IMG/VR virus record: IMGVR_UViG_3300029770_000021 | Origin: a virus | DNA length: 40,540 nucleotides | Direction: 5' to 3' (one strand) | In this document: positions 21,932 to 31,285 of the stretch, piece by piece | Numbering within the stretch: the first letter of the stretch is position 1 | Layout of the letters: each line of letters starts with the position of its first letter | Made by a program: the position numbers and the translations under genes | The notes under the pieces: generated by a model | The model's input: only the letters and a program-made list of their open reading frames with translations | Databases searched by the model: none | Told to the model about the DNA's origin: nothing

Positions 21932-22452
21932 TGGCAGATTTAACTTTTGCGACGCCCGAAGGTCAGACCATTGACCGCGAGCTTTTGATCGCGTATCTGA
22001 ATACCGGCTCTAAGGAATCTCCCACTTGGAGCGCCATCGGTAAGCGTGTGGAGGATTCCAGCGAAGAGATGGACTGGGGTCAGGAGAGCAAGCAGGACAT
22101 CCTGGGCAACACCTTCACCACCATGAAGAAGCCCGTTATTTCCCAGACCTTTGATCCCATCCCGCTGGATGCCGGTGACGCTGCTGCGGTGAAGATGTGG
22201 AACCTTGCCGTCAAGGATCATGACGCGCAGGCTCTTGCCAATCAGGATATGATGATTGGACACTTCTACGCTACGTCAGGCGAGGCGAAGTTTGCCGAGC
22301 GGTATGATTCCTGTGCTATTGCCGTGACGGGCATCGGCGGCGACGGTGGCGGTACGCTCAACATCACGAGTGAGATCACCTACGGCGGCAATCGTACGCT
22401 GGGCACCATTACCAAGGACACCAGCGGTGTGACCTTTACGGCAGGGGCTTAA
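21931..22452 (+). CDS. Major tail protein
   Basis: 173 aa, followed by a strong hairpin and the chaperone genes. Confidence 0.8.
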   Translation: MADLTFATPEGQTIDRELLIAYLNTGSKESPTWSAIGKRVEDSSEEMDWGQESKQDILGNTFTTMKKPVISQTFDPIPLDAGDAAAVKMWNLAVKDHDAQALANQDMMIGHFYATSGEAKFAERYDSCAIAVTGIGGDGGGTLNITSEITYGGNRTLGTITKDTSGVTFTAGA

Positions 22453-22459
22453 AAACAAA

Positions 22460-22481
22460 GGGGCGGGCGCAAACCCGCCCC
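22460..22481 (+). terminator. Hairpin / partial terminator after the major tail gene
   Basis: GGGGCGGG-CGCAAA-CCCGCCCC followed by AATTT. Confidence 0.6.
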
Positions 22482-22498
22482 AATTTCGGAGGCTTATT

Positions 22499-22918
22499 AT
22501 GAAAGACCTGATTTTCGATACCGGTTTAGTTACCTACAACATCAACGGCAAATGCGAATTCTCTTTTAACCCCACCGACAGCGCCTTTGTGGAAAAGCTG
22601 TTTAATGCCTTTGATATCCTCGACAAGAAGCAGGATGCGTACAAGGCAGAGGTGGAAAAGACCGCCAACAAGCGGGAAGTTTTTGAAACCGCCCGGAAGA
22701 TGGACGAGGAAATGCGCGAGATCATCAACGATGTGTTCGGCTTTGACATTTGCTCTGCCCTGTTTGGCGAGATGAACGTATATGCGCTGGCGGACGGCCT
22801 GCCTGTGTGGGCGAACCTGATGCTTGCCATCATGGATGAGGTTGACACCACCTTTGCCCGTGAGCAGAAAGCCACCAACCCCCGCGTGAGCAAGTATACG
22901 AAGAAGTACCACAAATGA
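22499..22918 (+). CDS. Tail assembly chaperone
   Basis: 139 aa, acidic, upstream of the tape measure. GGAGG lies 7 nt upstream. Confidence 0.65.
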   Translation: MKDLIFDTGLVTYNINGKCEFSFNPTDSAFVEKLFNAFDILDKKQDAYKAEVEKTANKREVFETARKMDEEMREIINDVFGFDICSALFGEMNVYALADGLPVWANLMLAIMDEVDTTFAREQKATNPRVSKYTKKYHK

Positions 22919-23463
22919 GGTACGATCTGCCGACTGCCGTAGAGGTAAACGGCACTGAGTACCAGATACGTTCTGACTATCGCGATATCCTGACGATTAT
23001 TGAGGCACTGTCTGACGCTGAGTTGTCGGAGGAAGAAAAGGCCGAGGCCATGCTTGACATTTTCTATCCAGACTTTGCGGAAATGCCGCAGAGCGACTAC
23101 GAAGAAGCGATAAAGCAATGCGCAAAATTCATCAACTGCGGGGAAGAACAGCGTGAGGAAAAGCGTGGACCAAAGCTGATGGATTGGCAGCAGGACTTTC
23201 CCCTGATCGTTGCCCCAGTCAACCGCGTTCTGGGACAAGAAGTCAGATCTGTTGAGTATCTGCACTGGTGGACGTGGGTATCCGCGTATCAGGAAATCGG
23301 GGATTGCACCTTTGCCCAGGTTGTGGGAATCCGCAATAAAAAGGCAAAGGGGAAGAAGCTGGACAAAAGCGAGCAGGAGTTTTACAAGCAGAACCGGCAC
23401 CTGGTTGACTTCAAGCGGCAGTATACGGAACAAGACGAGAACGTTATCAGCAAATGGATATGA
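22915..23463 (+). CDS. Gp15-like tail assembly protein
   Basis: MRYDLPTAVEVNGTEYQIRSDYRDILTIIEAL resembles the phage Gp15 family. ATGA coupling. Confidence 0.6.
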   Translation: MRYDLPTAVEVNGTEYQIRSDYRDILTIIEALSDAELSEEEKAEAMLDIFYPDFAEMPQSDYEEAIKQCAKFINCGEEQREEKRGPKLMDWQQDFPLIVAPVNRVLGQEVRSVEYLHWWTWVSAYQEIGDCTFAQVVGIRNKKAKGKKLDKSEQEFYKQNRHLVDFKRQYTEQDENVISKWI

Positions 23464-23466
23464 AAA

Positions 23467-23486
23467 CCGCCCTCCGGAGAGGGCGG
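23467..23486. terminator. Bidirectional hairpin between convergent genes
   Basis: CCGCCCTC-CGGA-GAGGGCGG. The T-run follows on the minus-strand side (TTTTCA). Confidence 0.7.
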
Positions 23487-23498
23487 CTGATTGGTGGC

Positions 23499-24164
23499 TT
23501 ATTTTTCTACCAACTCTGCATCAATGCTGACTGTTTTAGGATCAAAAGTCAATTTATATGTTTTTGACTCGCAAACGTTCAGTTTAAATTTTTGACTTGA
23601 AACAAATCCGCGAGCGATTGAAATTGTGTGGGACCCAAAATCGAGGCGGAGAGAAACGGGCGCGTCCAAATTATGCCCTGTTTTTTCTCCATCGATAATT
23701 AAAATCGATTTCCCCTCCATGACTGAACGAGGGCGTTCACGCTCCACATAAAAGTTTGGCGAGTTTGGATCGGCGGCATTTACCAAATTTGACATTTTCT
23801 CCACCAAGGATTCCGATCTCTTTTGGAATAATTCATCTGGAATTATACCGGAATCATGCAAATCTTTTAGTTTTTGCAATTCATCCAAAATTGACCCGCT
23901 TGTTTGCGTATCAGCACTTTTACTCTGGCTTGTTTGGTTGGAAATTGCAATCAACTTATCGAACAATTCTTTTTCCTTTTTCTTGTTTCCTGTTGGGGGA
24001 GTTGGCGTACATTCAATTACAGCGGTAGTCCCGTCTGCATATTCGACAAAAAAACTATAAAGAGAAAAGTTTGATGTATGAAACAACAAAGTTTCTTCCG
24101 CCTGCCTAACGCCAAGGAGCTTTGCGGACTTGATGTTGCTTTTGTTTTTGCTAAAAAGGCTCAT
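23499..24164 (-). CDS. Reverse-strand SHOCT-domain moron protein
   Basis: AAGGAG SD before ATG 24164 (MSLFSKNK). SHOCT-like ILDELQKLKDLHDSGIIPDELFQKRSESLV. AT-rich relative to its flanks. Confidence 0.75.
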   Translation of the reverse strand: MSLFSKNKSNIKSAKLLGVRQAEETLLFHTSNFSLYSFFVEYADGTTAVIECTPTPPTGNKKKEKELFDKLIAISNQTSQSKSADTQTSGSILDELQKLKDLHDSGIIPDELFQKRSESLVEKMSNLVNAADPNSPNFYVERERPRSVMEGKSILIIDGEKTGHNLDAPVSLRLDFGSHTISIARGFVSSQKFKLNVCESKTYKLTFDPKTVSIDAELVEK

Positions 24165-24193
24165 TATATCACTCCTTAACAATTATTTTATCC

Positions 24194-24222
24194 AATATAA
24201 CATATAAAATTGCACATTTCAA
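24194..24222 (-). promoter_or_regulatory. Sigma70-like promoter for the SHOCT moron
   Basis: Minus strand: TTGAAA (24222..24217), 17 nt, TATATT (24199..24194). Confidence 0.55.
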
Positions 24223-24244
24223 GCAATAGAAAGAGGGTGATTGC

Positions 24245-26665
24245 ATGGCGGATGGTTCCGTTATTATCAAGGCGGATGTTGATGACAAACAAGCGCAGGC
24301 TGAATTAAACCGGCTTACTAAAAAAATAGATTCGCTTAATGAAAAAATCAGCGATAAAAAGCAAGAGCAGATGCCACTGGTTGAGCAATCAAAACAATTA
24401 GCGGCTGTTCTCGATGACGCAAAGGCGAAACTGGACTATATGAAAAGCGGCGATGCGTTTTTTACATCCAGCTCTATAAAGGAGCAGGAGCAGACAGTAG
24501 CATCATTGCAAAAAGAATGGGACGGTGTGCAAAAAAAGGTTGAGGCAATGGATACGTCCATCGCCAAAGATACCCGAAGCCTTGAACGAATGAGCACCCG
24601 GGCGGGAGAACTTTCTGCACAGCTCGCGGGAGCCAAAAGACACACTCAGGGGATGTCACCCGCAGCCCAAGAAGCGGCAAAGCAGATGGAAAAATTCACC
24701 AACCGCATCAAGGGCCTTGCTCGACGCGTTTTTGTTTTTACGCTCATCACAAAGGCACTTCGCGCATTGAAAGATTATATGTGGAGTGCCATTCAAACAA
24801 ACGAAAAGGCCATGAAGGCAGTTTCAAAGTTAAAAGGTGCTTTGCTGGTTTTAGCACAGCCCATTTTGAATGTGCTTATCCCTGCGTTTACTGTTTTTGT
24901 AAATGTGCTGACGCGTATAGTCAATACAATTTCCGACCTTGTTTCAAAAATATTTGGGACAACGGCAGAAGCATCTGCGGAAGCTGCTGAGAATCTATAC
25001 GAAGAAAGCAGTGCAATGGATAAAACCGGGAAAGCTGCAAAGAAAACAAGTAAATCTTTAGCATCTTTTGACGAAATCAATAAGCTTTCCGGCAGCGATG
25101 ACAAGGCCAAAAATGGGCCGGATTTTACAACGGGAATAAACGATCAACTTAGCGCAATCATGGAACTATTTACCGGCGCGCTTTTGCTTGCCATCGGCGC
25201 AATTTTAACGTTTTCCGGCGCTAATATTCCGGTTGGCATTACCCTGATGGCTTTAGGCGCTGCGGCGATCTGGGGTGCTGTAAAGACAGACTGGGGGGCA
25301 ATCGCAAAACTGCTGCAAGGCCCAATCGGGGTTGTTACTGCGATCCTGTCGGTTGCGTTGCTTGCCATCGGTGCAATTATTTTGTTCTCCGGAGCAAACA
25401 TACCATTGGGCTTGGGGTTGATGGTTGCTGGAGCAATCGGTCTTGCGTCTGTTGTTGCAGCTAATTGGGATACTGTTAAAAAGATGCTGCAAGGCCCAAT
25501 CGGAGCCGTTGTTGCTCTTTTGAGTTTTGCGCTACTCGTAATCGGTGCAGTGATTCTGTTTTCTGGCGCGAACATCCCGCTTGGCCTTGCGCTAATGGCT
25601 GTTGGTGCTGCTGGGATGGCAACGGTCATTGCGGCAAATTGGGATACAATTAAAGAAGCACTGCAAGGCCCTGTTGGAGCCGTTGTTGGCCTGCTTTCTG
25701 GCGCGTTGTTGGTTTTGGGTGCAATCTTGGCGTTTAGCGGTGCAAGTGTTCCGCTCGGTTTAGGGCTAATGGTTGCTGGCGCAATTGGGCTTGCGACTAC
25801 GGTTGCGGCGAATTGGGATACAATTAAAACCTTGCTGCAAGGCGCTATTGGCGGCGTTGTTGCCGTGGTTAGCAGCGCACTATTGGTTATCGGCGCAGTC
25901 TTAGTATTCAGCGGAGTCGCACTTCCTCTCGGGATTGGATTACTTATTGCCGGAGCTGCCGGTCTTGCGGCAACGGTGATTGCAAACTGGGATACAATAA
26001 CAAATCTGCTGGGTGGCCCCATCGGAGCAATCACGGCTATGATAAGCGGCGCTTTGCTTGTCTTGGGCGTAATCCTTGTGTTTACCGGAGTTGGTATCCC
26101 TCTCGGTTTGGGAATGATCGTAACCGGAGCGGCTGGACTTGGCTTTGTGGTGGCACTCAACTGGGACTATCTGAAAGAAAAATTAAGCGAAACGTGGGAA
26201 AGTATCAAATCTTGGTGGCAATCAAGTGTTGCAAAGTATTTCACCGTTGAATATTGGCAAGACCTTGGCAAAAACATTATTGATGGGTTGCTCAATGGTT
26301 TGAAGTCAGCGTTTGAAAGCGTGAAATCTTGGGTTTCTAATGCAATGGGGAGCATCAAAAATGCATTTACAGGCGGCGGTAACGTCCGCACACCTGCCAT
26401 CAATTCCGCATCCGTTCCCCGTTTGGCGACCGGCGCAGTGATTCCACCGAACCGTGAGTTTTTGGCGGTGCTGGGCGACCAGAAGCAGGGGAACAACATT
26501 GAAGCTCCTGAATCTGCCATCGAGGCAGCGGTAGCCCGTGGCATGGCGCAGTATGGCGGCGGCAATCAGACGGCAATTCTCAAGATCGGCGAACAGGAAT
26601 TGGGCCGTATCATCTTCAAACTGAACAAAGACCAGACGCAGCGCGTCGGCATTAAAGTGACCTAA
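24245..26665 (+). CDS. Tape measure protein
   Basis: 806 aa with an N-terminal coiled coil, hydrophobic repeats, and the C-terminal conserved block LATGAVIPPNREFLAVLGDQKQGNNIEAPE. Confidence 0.9.
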   Translation: MADGSVIIKADVDDKQAQAELNRLTKKIDSLNEKISDKKQEQMPLVEQSKQLAAVLDDAKAKLDYMKSGDAFFTSSSIKEQEQTVASLQKEWDGVQKKVEAMDTSIAKDTRSLERMSTRAGELSAQLAGAKRHTQGMSPAAQEAAKQMEKFTNRIKGLARRVFVFTLITKALRALKDYMWSAIQTNEKAMKAVSKLKGALLVLAQPILNVLIPAFTVFVNVLTRIVNTISDLVSKIFGTTAEASAEAAENLYEESSAMDKTGKAAKKTSKSLASFDEINKLSGSDDKAKNGPDFTTGINDQLSAIMELFTGALLLAIGAILTFSGANIPVGITLMALGAAAIWGAVKTDWGAIAKLLQGPIGVVTAILSVALLAIGAIILFSGANIPLGLGLMVAGAIGLASVVAANWDTVKKMLQGPIGAVVALLSFALLVIGAVILFSGANIPLGLALMAVGAAGMATVIAANWDTIKEALQGPVGAVVGLLSGALLVLGAILAFSGASVPLGLGLMVAGAIGLATTVAANWDTIKTLLQGAIGGVVAVVSSALLVIGAVLVFSGVALPLGIGLLIAGAAGLAATVIANWDTITNLLGGPIGAITAMISGALLVLGVILVFTGVGIPLGLGMIVTGAAGLGFVVALNWDYLKEKLSETWESIKSWWQSSVAKYFTVEYWQDLGKNIIDGLLNGLKSAFESVKSWVSNAMGSIKNAFTGGGNVRTPAINSASVPRLATGAVIPPNREFLAVLGDQKQGNNIEAPESAIEAAVARGMAQYGGGNQTAILKIGEQELGRIIFKLNKDQTQRVGIKVT
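25180..26175 (+). repeat. Six tandem 174-bp (58-aa) hydrophobic repeats within the tape measure
   Basis: The ANWDT(I/V)K landmark recurs at about 25461, 25635, 25809 and 25983, with divergent copies near 25287 and 26157. Each unit reads LL.IGA.L.FSGA..PLGLGLM.AGA.GLA..V.ANWDT...LLQGPIG.V. Confidence 0.9.
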
Positions 26666-26676
26666 AGGCGGTGTAT

Positions 26677-27075
26677 ATGAATTACATCAAAATTAACGGG
26701 ACTTCATTTGATGTGAATGTCGCGATCTCCAAGTACAACGAGAATTTCAACGTTCTCGATGGGGAGAACGCTGGGAGATCGAAAGACACAGGACGGATGA
26801 TCCGGGATGTTCTGGGAACGTACATTGGGCATAAGGTGACCGTTTTCCGCAGGGGGGACGATTACAAAAGCTACGATGCGTTCTGGAACTATCTCAAAGC
26901 CCATTCCATTGACGATTCCGTTTTGCTTGAAGCTGCGGACGGCAACACAACTATTTCCTATCGTGCGTACTACACCAGCGCGTCACACGATATCGAAAAG
27001 GTTGAAAATGGAATCAATTATTGGGGAGAAATTGAAATCCATTTCATTCCCATCGCACCGCAAATCACGCGGTAA
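26677..27075 (+). CDS. Putative distal tail protein (short)
   Basis: 132 aa, directly after the tape measure. Assigned by position only. Confidence 0.4.
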   Translation: MNYIKINGTSFDVNVAISKYNENFNVLDGENAGRSKDTGRMIRDVLGTYIGHKVTVFRRGDDYKSYDAFWNYLKAHSIDDSVLLEAADGNTTISYRAYYTSASHDIEKVENGINYWGEIEIHFIPIAPQITR

Positions 27076-27084
27076 GGAGGGCTT

Positions 27085-29310
27085 ATGGATTATGTAATGA
27101 TCGGCCCTTATCAATTTGACCGGGATGCGTCTAAGGACGATATGCGGCTGGACTACTGCTCATCGTTTCAAGAAGTGGAATTGGATGAAAGCAGTCTTTC
27201 GTTCGATACGGTCAGCGTAGAGGTTTGCACTAAAACAATAGGCACACAGCTTTCTGCACTCCCGAATAACACACCAATCATTGTTTACAGAGGCGGCGAA
27301 ATCAAAGCAAGATTTGTAAGCAGCGGCGTTTCCCGTATCGGGCCTGTCACTTATCAACTTACAGGGCGGTCCCCTATGGGCGCGCTTACCGGCATGGTGC
27401 ATACTGGCGGCATTTACACAGGCCAGACCGTGGAAGAGGTTGTAAAAGAAATCTGCGGCAACATTCCCGCGCTGATAAAAAGCGTGTACGCCGGAGTTAA
27501 ACTTTACGGCTGGCTTCCTTATGCGGATGGGAAAGAACGCTCTGCACGAGACAACCTCGCACAAGTTCTTTTTGCCATTGGGGCTTATCTCCGCACAGAC
27601 CTGAACGGTGTTTTGAGGATTGAACCCTTGTGGGACGGTACGGCATCGTTGATTAATGTCGACCGTTCTTACACCGGAGGAACCGTGAAATACGATTCTC
27701 CCATCTCCGCCGTGACGGTGACAGAGCACCAATATGTGGCAGGTACAGAGGTGAAAGAACTATTCTCCGGCACAGCGCAGAATGGAGATATTATCACATT
27801 TTCCGAGCCGATGCACTCCCTCTCCGCAACCGGCTTTACCATTCTGGAAAGCGGCGCGAACTACGCAAAGATTTCCGCAGGAACTGGCGCACTGACCGGC
27901 AAGGCGTATATCCATAACACCCGCCTAATCACGCAGCCTGTGACGGCAGGCGCGGCGGAAAACGTAAAGTCGGTTACGGATGCCACACTGGTATCTCTGG
28001 TAAACTCCTACGCCGTGGCGAAGCGTCTTGCGGACTATTACCGATGCCGCGAAACTATCACCAATGACATTGTAAGCGGGCACGAGAAACCGGGCCACGT
28101 TGTAAGCGTATATCATCCGTATGACAAAAAAATGGTTTCCGCTTGCATCCAGTCTCTTGACACCACCATGAGCGCGACGCTTAAAAGCAGCATGGAGGCA
28201 TTGGTTGGCTTCACCCCGGCACAGCCGGAATCGGCGGAATATTTTGACGAGCGGGTTGTCCTCACCGGCTCCGGCGAGTTCCAGATCCCGGAAGGCACCA
28301 CAACGATCCACTATGTGATGATCTCCGCCGGACAGGGCGGCCACTGCGGCGAAAAGGGCGAAAATACCCAATCGGGGCCTAAGTTCTCGTGGACGGACCC
28401 GGTTTTTGAGGATCGGGTAGACGGCTACGCATTGGCGCTGGGTGGCAAGGGCGGTCCCGGCGGCAAGGGCGGCATGGGCGGCAGAATCGTAGAGGGCGAT
28501 CTCGACGTGTCCCAGTTGAAAAGCCTTGCCTATGATTGCGGGAAAAGCGGAAAGGGCGCTGAATTCAGCACGGACGATCTTCCCGGGACAAACGGCACGG
28601 ATACGGTGTTCCACGGCATGACTACGGCGGGCGCGTCTGCTCCCGATTTTGGCTTCACGGATCCCATCACCGGCGAGCAGTTCGGCGGCGTCGGCGAGGA
28701 CGGCCTCCCTGGCGGAAACGGCGCTGGCCGCAATCCGGCTGTGAGTGAGTTCACAGATAATAGCGTCCTGCAATATGTCGATGGCACGATTGCTTATGAC
28801 GAGAACGGGAACACATTCACCCCCGGCCCTGTCGATGGCGATGACGGCAAGATCAACATGACCAGAATCACATCAACAGGCACTCCGCGCAGTTACGGCT
28901 GGTACAGCTCCGGTCTGGGCGGCGGCCCGGCGGCGGGAGCCAACGGCAAAGCCGGATCCTCCGGACGCGGCCTGCCGGGCGAGACGACCGTTAATGTGAC
29001 CGGCGGCTCCGGTGCGGACGGCATGACGGCCACGCTCACCCCCTCCAAGCCGAGGCGGTACGGCAGGGGCGGACGTGGCGGCTACGGAGGCGGCGGCGCC
29101 GGCTCCGGCGGCATTGCCGTGAAGAACGGAAACGGCACCATTACCCCCGGCACTCCCGGCTCCGGCGGTTTAGGCGGTCCGGGCGGCCCAAGTGCGGACG
29201 GCTGTGTTATTTTGTACTACCGCAAATTTGGACAAACGCGTGGCGGCCCGCTGGCACAGAAGGGCGGTGGGCTGTTCTTCGATCGTTTGAACAAACTTTT
29301 CATTGTGTGA
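27085..29310 (+). CDS. Tail-associated / baseplate hub protein with a Gly-rich C-terminal domain
   Basis: AAGGAGGG SD, 741 aa. The C-terminal part carries GGKGGPGGKGGMGG and GGRGGYGGGGAGSGG tracts. Confidence 0.7.
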   Translation: MDYVMIGPYQFDRDASKDDMRLDYCSSFQEVELDESSLSFDTVSVEVCTKTIGTQLSALPNNTPIIVYRGGEIKARFVSSGVSRIGPVTYQLTGRSPMGALTGMVHTGGIYTGQTVEEVVKEICGNIPALIKSVYAGVKLYGWLPYADGKERSARDNLAQVLFAIGAYLRTDLNGVLRIEPLWDGTASLINVDRSYTGGTVKYDSPISAVTVTEHQYVAGTEVKELFSGTAQNGDIITFSEPMHSLSATGFTILESGANYAKISAGTGALTGKAYIHNTRLITQPVTAGAAENVKSVTDATLVSLVNSYAVAKRLADYYRCRETITNDIVSGHEKPGHVVSVYHPYDKKMVSACIQSLDTTMSATLKSSMEALVGFTPAQPESAEYFDERVVLTGSGEFQIPEGTTTIHYVMISAGQGGHCGEKGENTQSGPKFSWTDPVFEDRVDGYALALGGKGGPGGKGGMGGRIVEGDLDVSQLKSLAYDCGKSGKGAEFSTDDLPGTNGTDTVFHGMTTAGASAPDFGFTDPITGEQFGGVGEDGLPGGNGAGRNPAVSEFTDNSVLQYVDGTIAYDENGNTFTPGPVDGDDGKINMTRITSTGTPRSYGWYSSGLGGGPAAGANGKAGSSGRGLPGETTVNVTGGSGADGMTATLTPSKPRRYGRGGRGGYGGGGAGSGGIAVKNGNGTITPGTPGSGGLGGPGGPSADGCVILYYRKFGQTRGGPLAQKGGGLFFDRLNKLFIV

Positions 29311-29320
29311 GGTGTGAAAC

Positions 29321-30799
29321 ATGACGCTTGAACAGAGAGTCGCAGTTTTGGAGGAAATTTTCTCCAAGATCCAAGATTATTACACATCCGCCTACTCCGG
29401 CGAGGAGATCGACGCGCGGCTGGCGTCCGCCGGTGTGCCTATCGGCATCACCAAGGAGTACAAGAGCGTGGCCGAAATGAACCAGGACTTCACCGGTACG
29501 GACGTCCAGCGCGGCCAGTTCGTTTTGATCCTTCCAAACAGCACGGCCTCTGCGGACTACGGCAAGGTGTACCTCAAAGGCACGGCCAACTGGGTGTACG
29601 CCTTCACGCTGATCACGCTGACGTCCATCAAAGGCCCCATTGGACCTCCCGGCAAAAAGGGCGACAAGGGCGATCCCGGCGAGGCCGGTTCCAGCTTCGC
29701 CATTCTTGGCTATTTTGATACGCTGGACGCCCTCAAGGCAGCCGTCCCCAATCCCAAGGCCGGTGCCGTGTACGGCGTGGGCACTGCGCCTCCGTACAAC
29801 ATCTACATCTGGGATTCCGTCCACGGCAAGTGGGTACCCAACGGCAACCTGCAAGGCCCGCAGGGCAAGCAGGGTATTCAAGGCCCCGAGGGAAAGCAGG
29901 GGCCGGAGGGCAAGCAAGGCCCGGAAGGCCCCGTGGGCGGTTCCAGCAACTTCGTCCGCTACGATGCGCCCCAGAACCTCACAGACGAGCAGAAGGCGCA
30001 GGCGCGTGAAAACATTTCTGCGTTGAATGGACAGTTTTTATTGGCGAAATCTGTTGGTGGACAACTTGGATGGTACAGAATTACAGCGCCATTCTCTATC
30101 TACAACACAAGCGGGTATCTCACAGTATCCCATGCATGGGCGAACGGAGGTGCGTCCGAGTTGCTCTTAGGCGTATCTTCGGCCCCCGATACGCATGGAA
30201 AGCTCCAATGTTTGAGGAGCGTTGGCAAAATCAATAGTGTGCCATATATTTCCAATGCTCGCCTTGTAAAAGTCGACGGAAGCACGTTAGCTTTGGACCT
30301 CTACGTATCGGGAACGGGCAAAAATGATTGGAACTTGCAACTCTGCAATTGTGGAAACAATCCGATTACACTGACTACTCCGACATTTATTTCCACAGAT
30401 GATACGCTCCCGAGCGGGGAGACGCTTGCGGCCGCGATGGAATACCAAAACCCGCCTATGTTGCTTGGTGTGGAATACAAAACCACGGAGCGGTATCTCG
30501 GAAAGCCGGTGTACACAAAGACCTTTAATATTCCAGTATCCGCTTTTGAAAATCAGCTTCCATCGTATAGCCATGGAATCGATCATCTGGACCGCCTAGT
30601 AGATGCACGCGTGTATTGCAGAGCTGATTGGATCAGGATACTCCCGTGGTCGTACTTTGATTCAACTGCATGGTCGGCTCAGTATATGTTAAATTCGTCT
30701 GCTATAAAATTTGAGCTTGGCTCTAACGCCTTAGCTCGAATCAAAGAATACACAAATGGTGTTGATGTGACGCTTAAATACACCAAGACCACCGACTGA
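29321..30799 (+). CDS. Collagen-like tail fibre / receptor-binding protein
   Basis: G-X-Y runs GPIGPPGKKGDKGDPGEAG and GPQGKQGIQGPEGKQGPEGKQGPEGPVGG. Globular C-terminal domain. Confidence 0.8.
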   Translation: MTLEQRVAVLEEIFSKIQDYYTSAYSGEEIDARLASAGVPIGITKEYKSVAEMNQDFTGTDVQRGQFVLILPNSTASADYGKVYLKGTANWVYAFTLITLTSIKGPIGPPGKKGDKGDPGEAGSSFAILGYFDTLDALKAAVPNPKAGAVYGVGTAPPYNIYIWDSVHGKWVPNGNLQGPQGKQGIQGPEGKQGPEGKQGPEGPVGGSSNFVRYDAPQNLTDEQKAQARENISALNGQFLLAKSVGGQLGWYRITAPFSIYNTSGYLTVSHAWANGGASELLLGVSSAPDTHGKLQCLRSVGKINSVPYISNARLVKVDGSTLALDLYVSGTGKNDWNLQLCNCGNNPITLTTPTFISTDDTLPSGETLAAAMEYQNPPMLLGVEYKTTERYLGKPVYTKTFNIPVSAFENQLPSYSHGIDHLDRLVDARVYCRADWIRILPWSYFDSTAWSAQYMLNSSAIKFELGSNALARIKEYTNGVDVTLKYTKTTD

Positions 30800-30801
30800 C
30801 C

Positions 30802-30888
30802 ATGGACTATTGCGTGATATGCGGAGCCATTGTGCCGGAGGGGCGGTGGGTTTGCCCAATTTGCGAGCGCCGCTGGCCAGAATTTTAA
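30802..30888 (+). CDS. Mini zinc-ribbon protein (28 aa)
   Basis: MDYCVICGAIVPEGRWVCPICERRWPEF (CxxC...CxxC). Confidence 0.4.
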   Translation: MDYCVICGAIVPEGRWVCPICERRWPEF

Positions 30889-30890
30889 AC

Positions 30891-30937
30891 TGCACGAAAC
30901 CAAGTCGGACTTTTGACTTGCACGAAAGCAAGTCGGA
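30891..30937 (+). promoter_or_regulatory. Two 19-bp direct repeats with interlocking inverted repeats, upstream of the lysis cassette
   Basis: TGCACGAAACCAAGTCGGA (30891-30909) and TGCACGAAAGCAAGTCGGA (30919-30937). CAAGTC/GACTTG and GACTTGC/GCAAGTC form mutually exclusive hairpins. Confidence 0.5.
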
Positions 30938-30975
30938 ATTACCCTATAAACTGCAACTTTTTAAGGGGGTGTAGA

Positions 30976-31281
30976 ATGGAAATTCTACAGATCGTATTAA
31001 CTGCCGCTACCGGCTCCGGCGTGACCGCCATCATCCTCGCCATTTTACAGCGGAAATGGACTAAGGATGACAAAAGCGATGCCATCGTGGAGGCTTTGAA
31101 GGTTCTCATGGTGGATCGCGTCCGGCATTTGGGTCAGGCGTACATCGCGGCTGGCTCCATCAGCCTGTCGGACAAAGAAGCCTTGGGAGAGATGCACCGT
31201 GCGTACAAGGCGCTGGGGGGCAACGGGCATCTCAGCACGATCATGGCGGAGGTGGAGGACCTACCGCTGAGAAAGGAGTAA
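30976..31281 (+). CDS. N-terminally membrane-anchored protein of the lysis cassette
   Basis: AAGGGGGTG SD. MEILQIVLTAATGSGVTAIILAIL is a TM helix, followed by a soluble domain (LGGNGH). Confidence 0.6.
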   Translation: MEILQIVLTAATGSGVTAIILAILQRKWTKDDKSDAIVEALKVLMVDRVRHLGQAYIAAGSISLSDKEALGEMHRAYKALGGNGHLSTIMAEVEDLPLRKE

Positions 31282-31285
31282 AACT

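Noticed and set aside
22499-23463. Programmed -1 frameshift between the two tail chaperone genes
   Set aside because: The second gene has its own ATG overlapping the first stop (ATGA) and reads as an independent Gp15-like protein. No slippery heptamer was noticed near the junction.
25144-26160. 338-aa minus-strand ORF (and 25253-25492) antisense to the tape measure repeats
   Set aside because: It is the mirror of a GC-rich repetitive coding region. It has no SD and a low-complexity Pro/Ala/Thr translation, and the sense strand encodes an unmistakable TMP.
29321-30799. Possibility of a diversity-generating retroelement acting on the tail fibre
   Set aside because: No reverse transcriptase gene and no template or variable repeat pair were seen anywhere in the genome.
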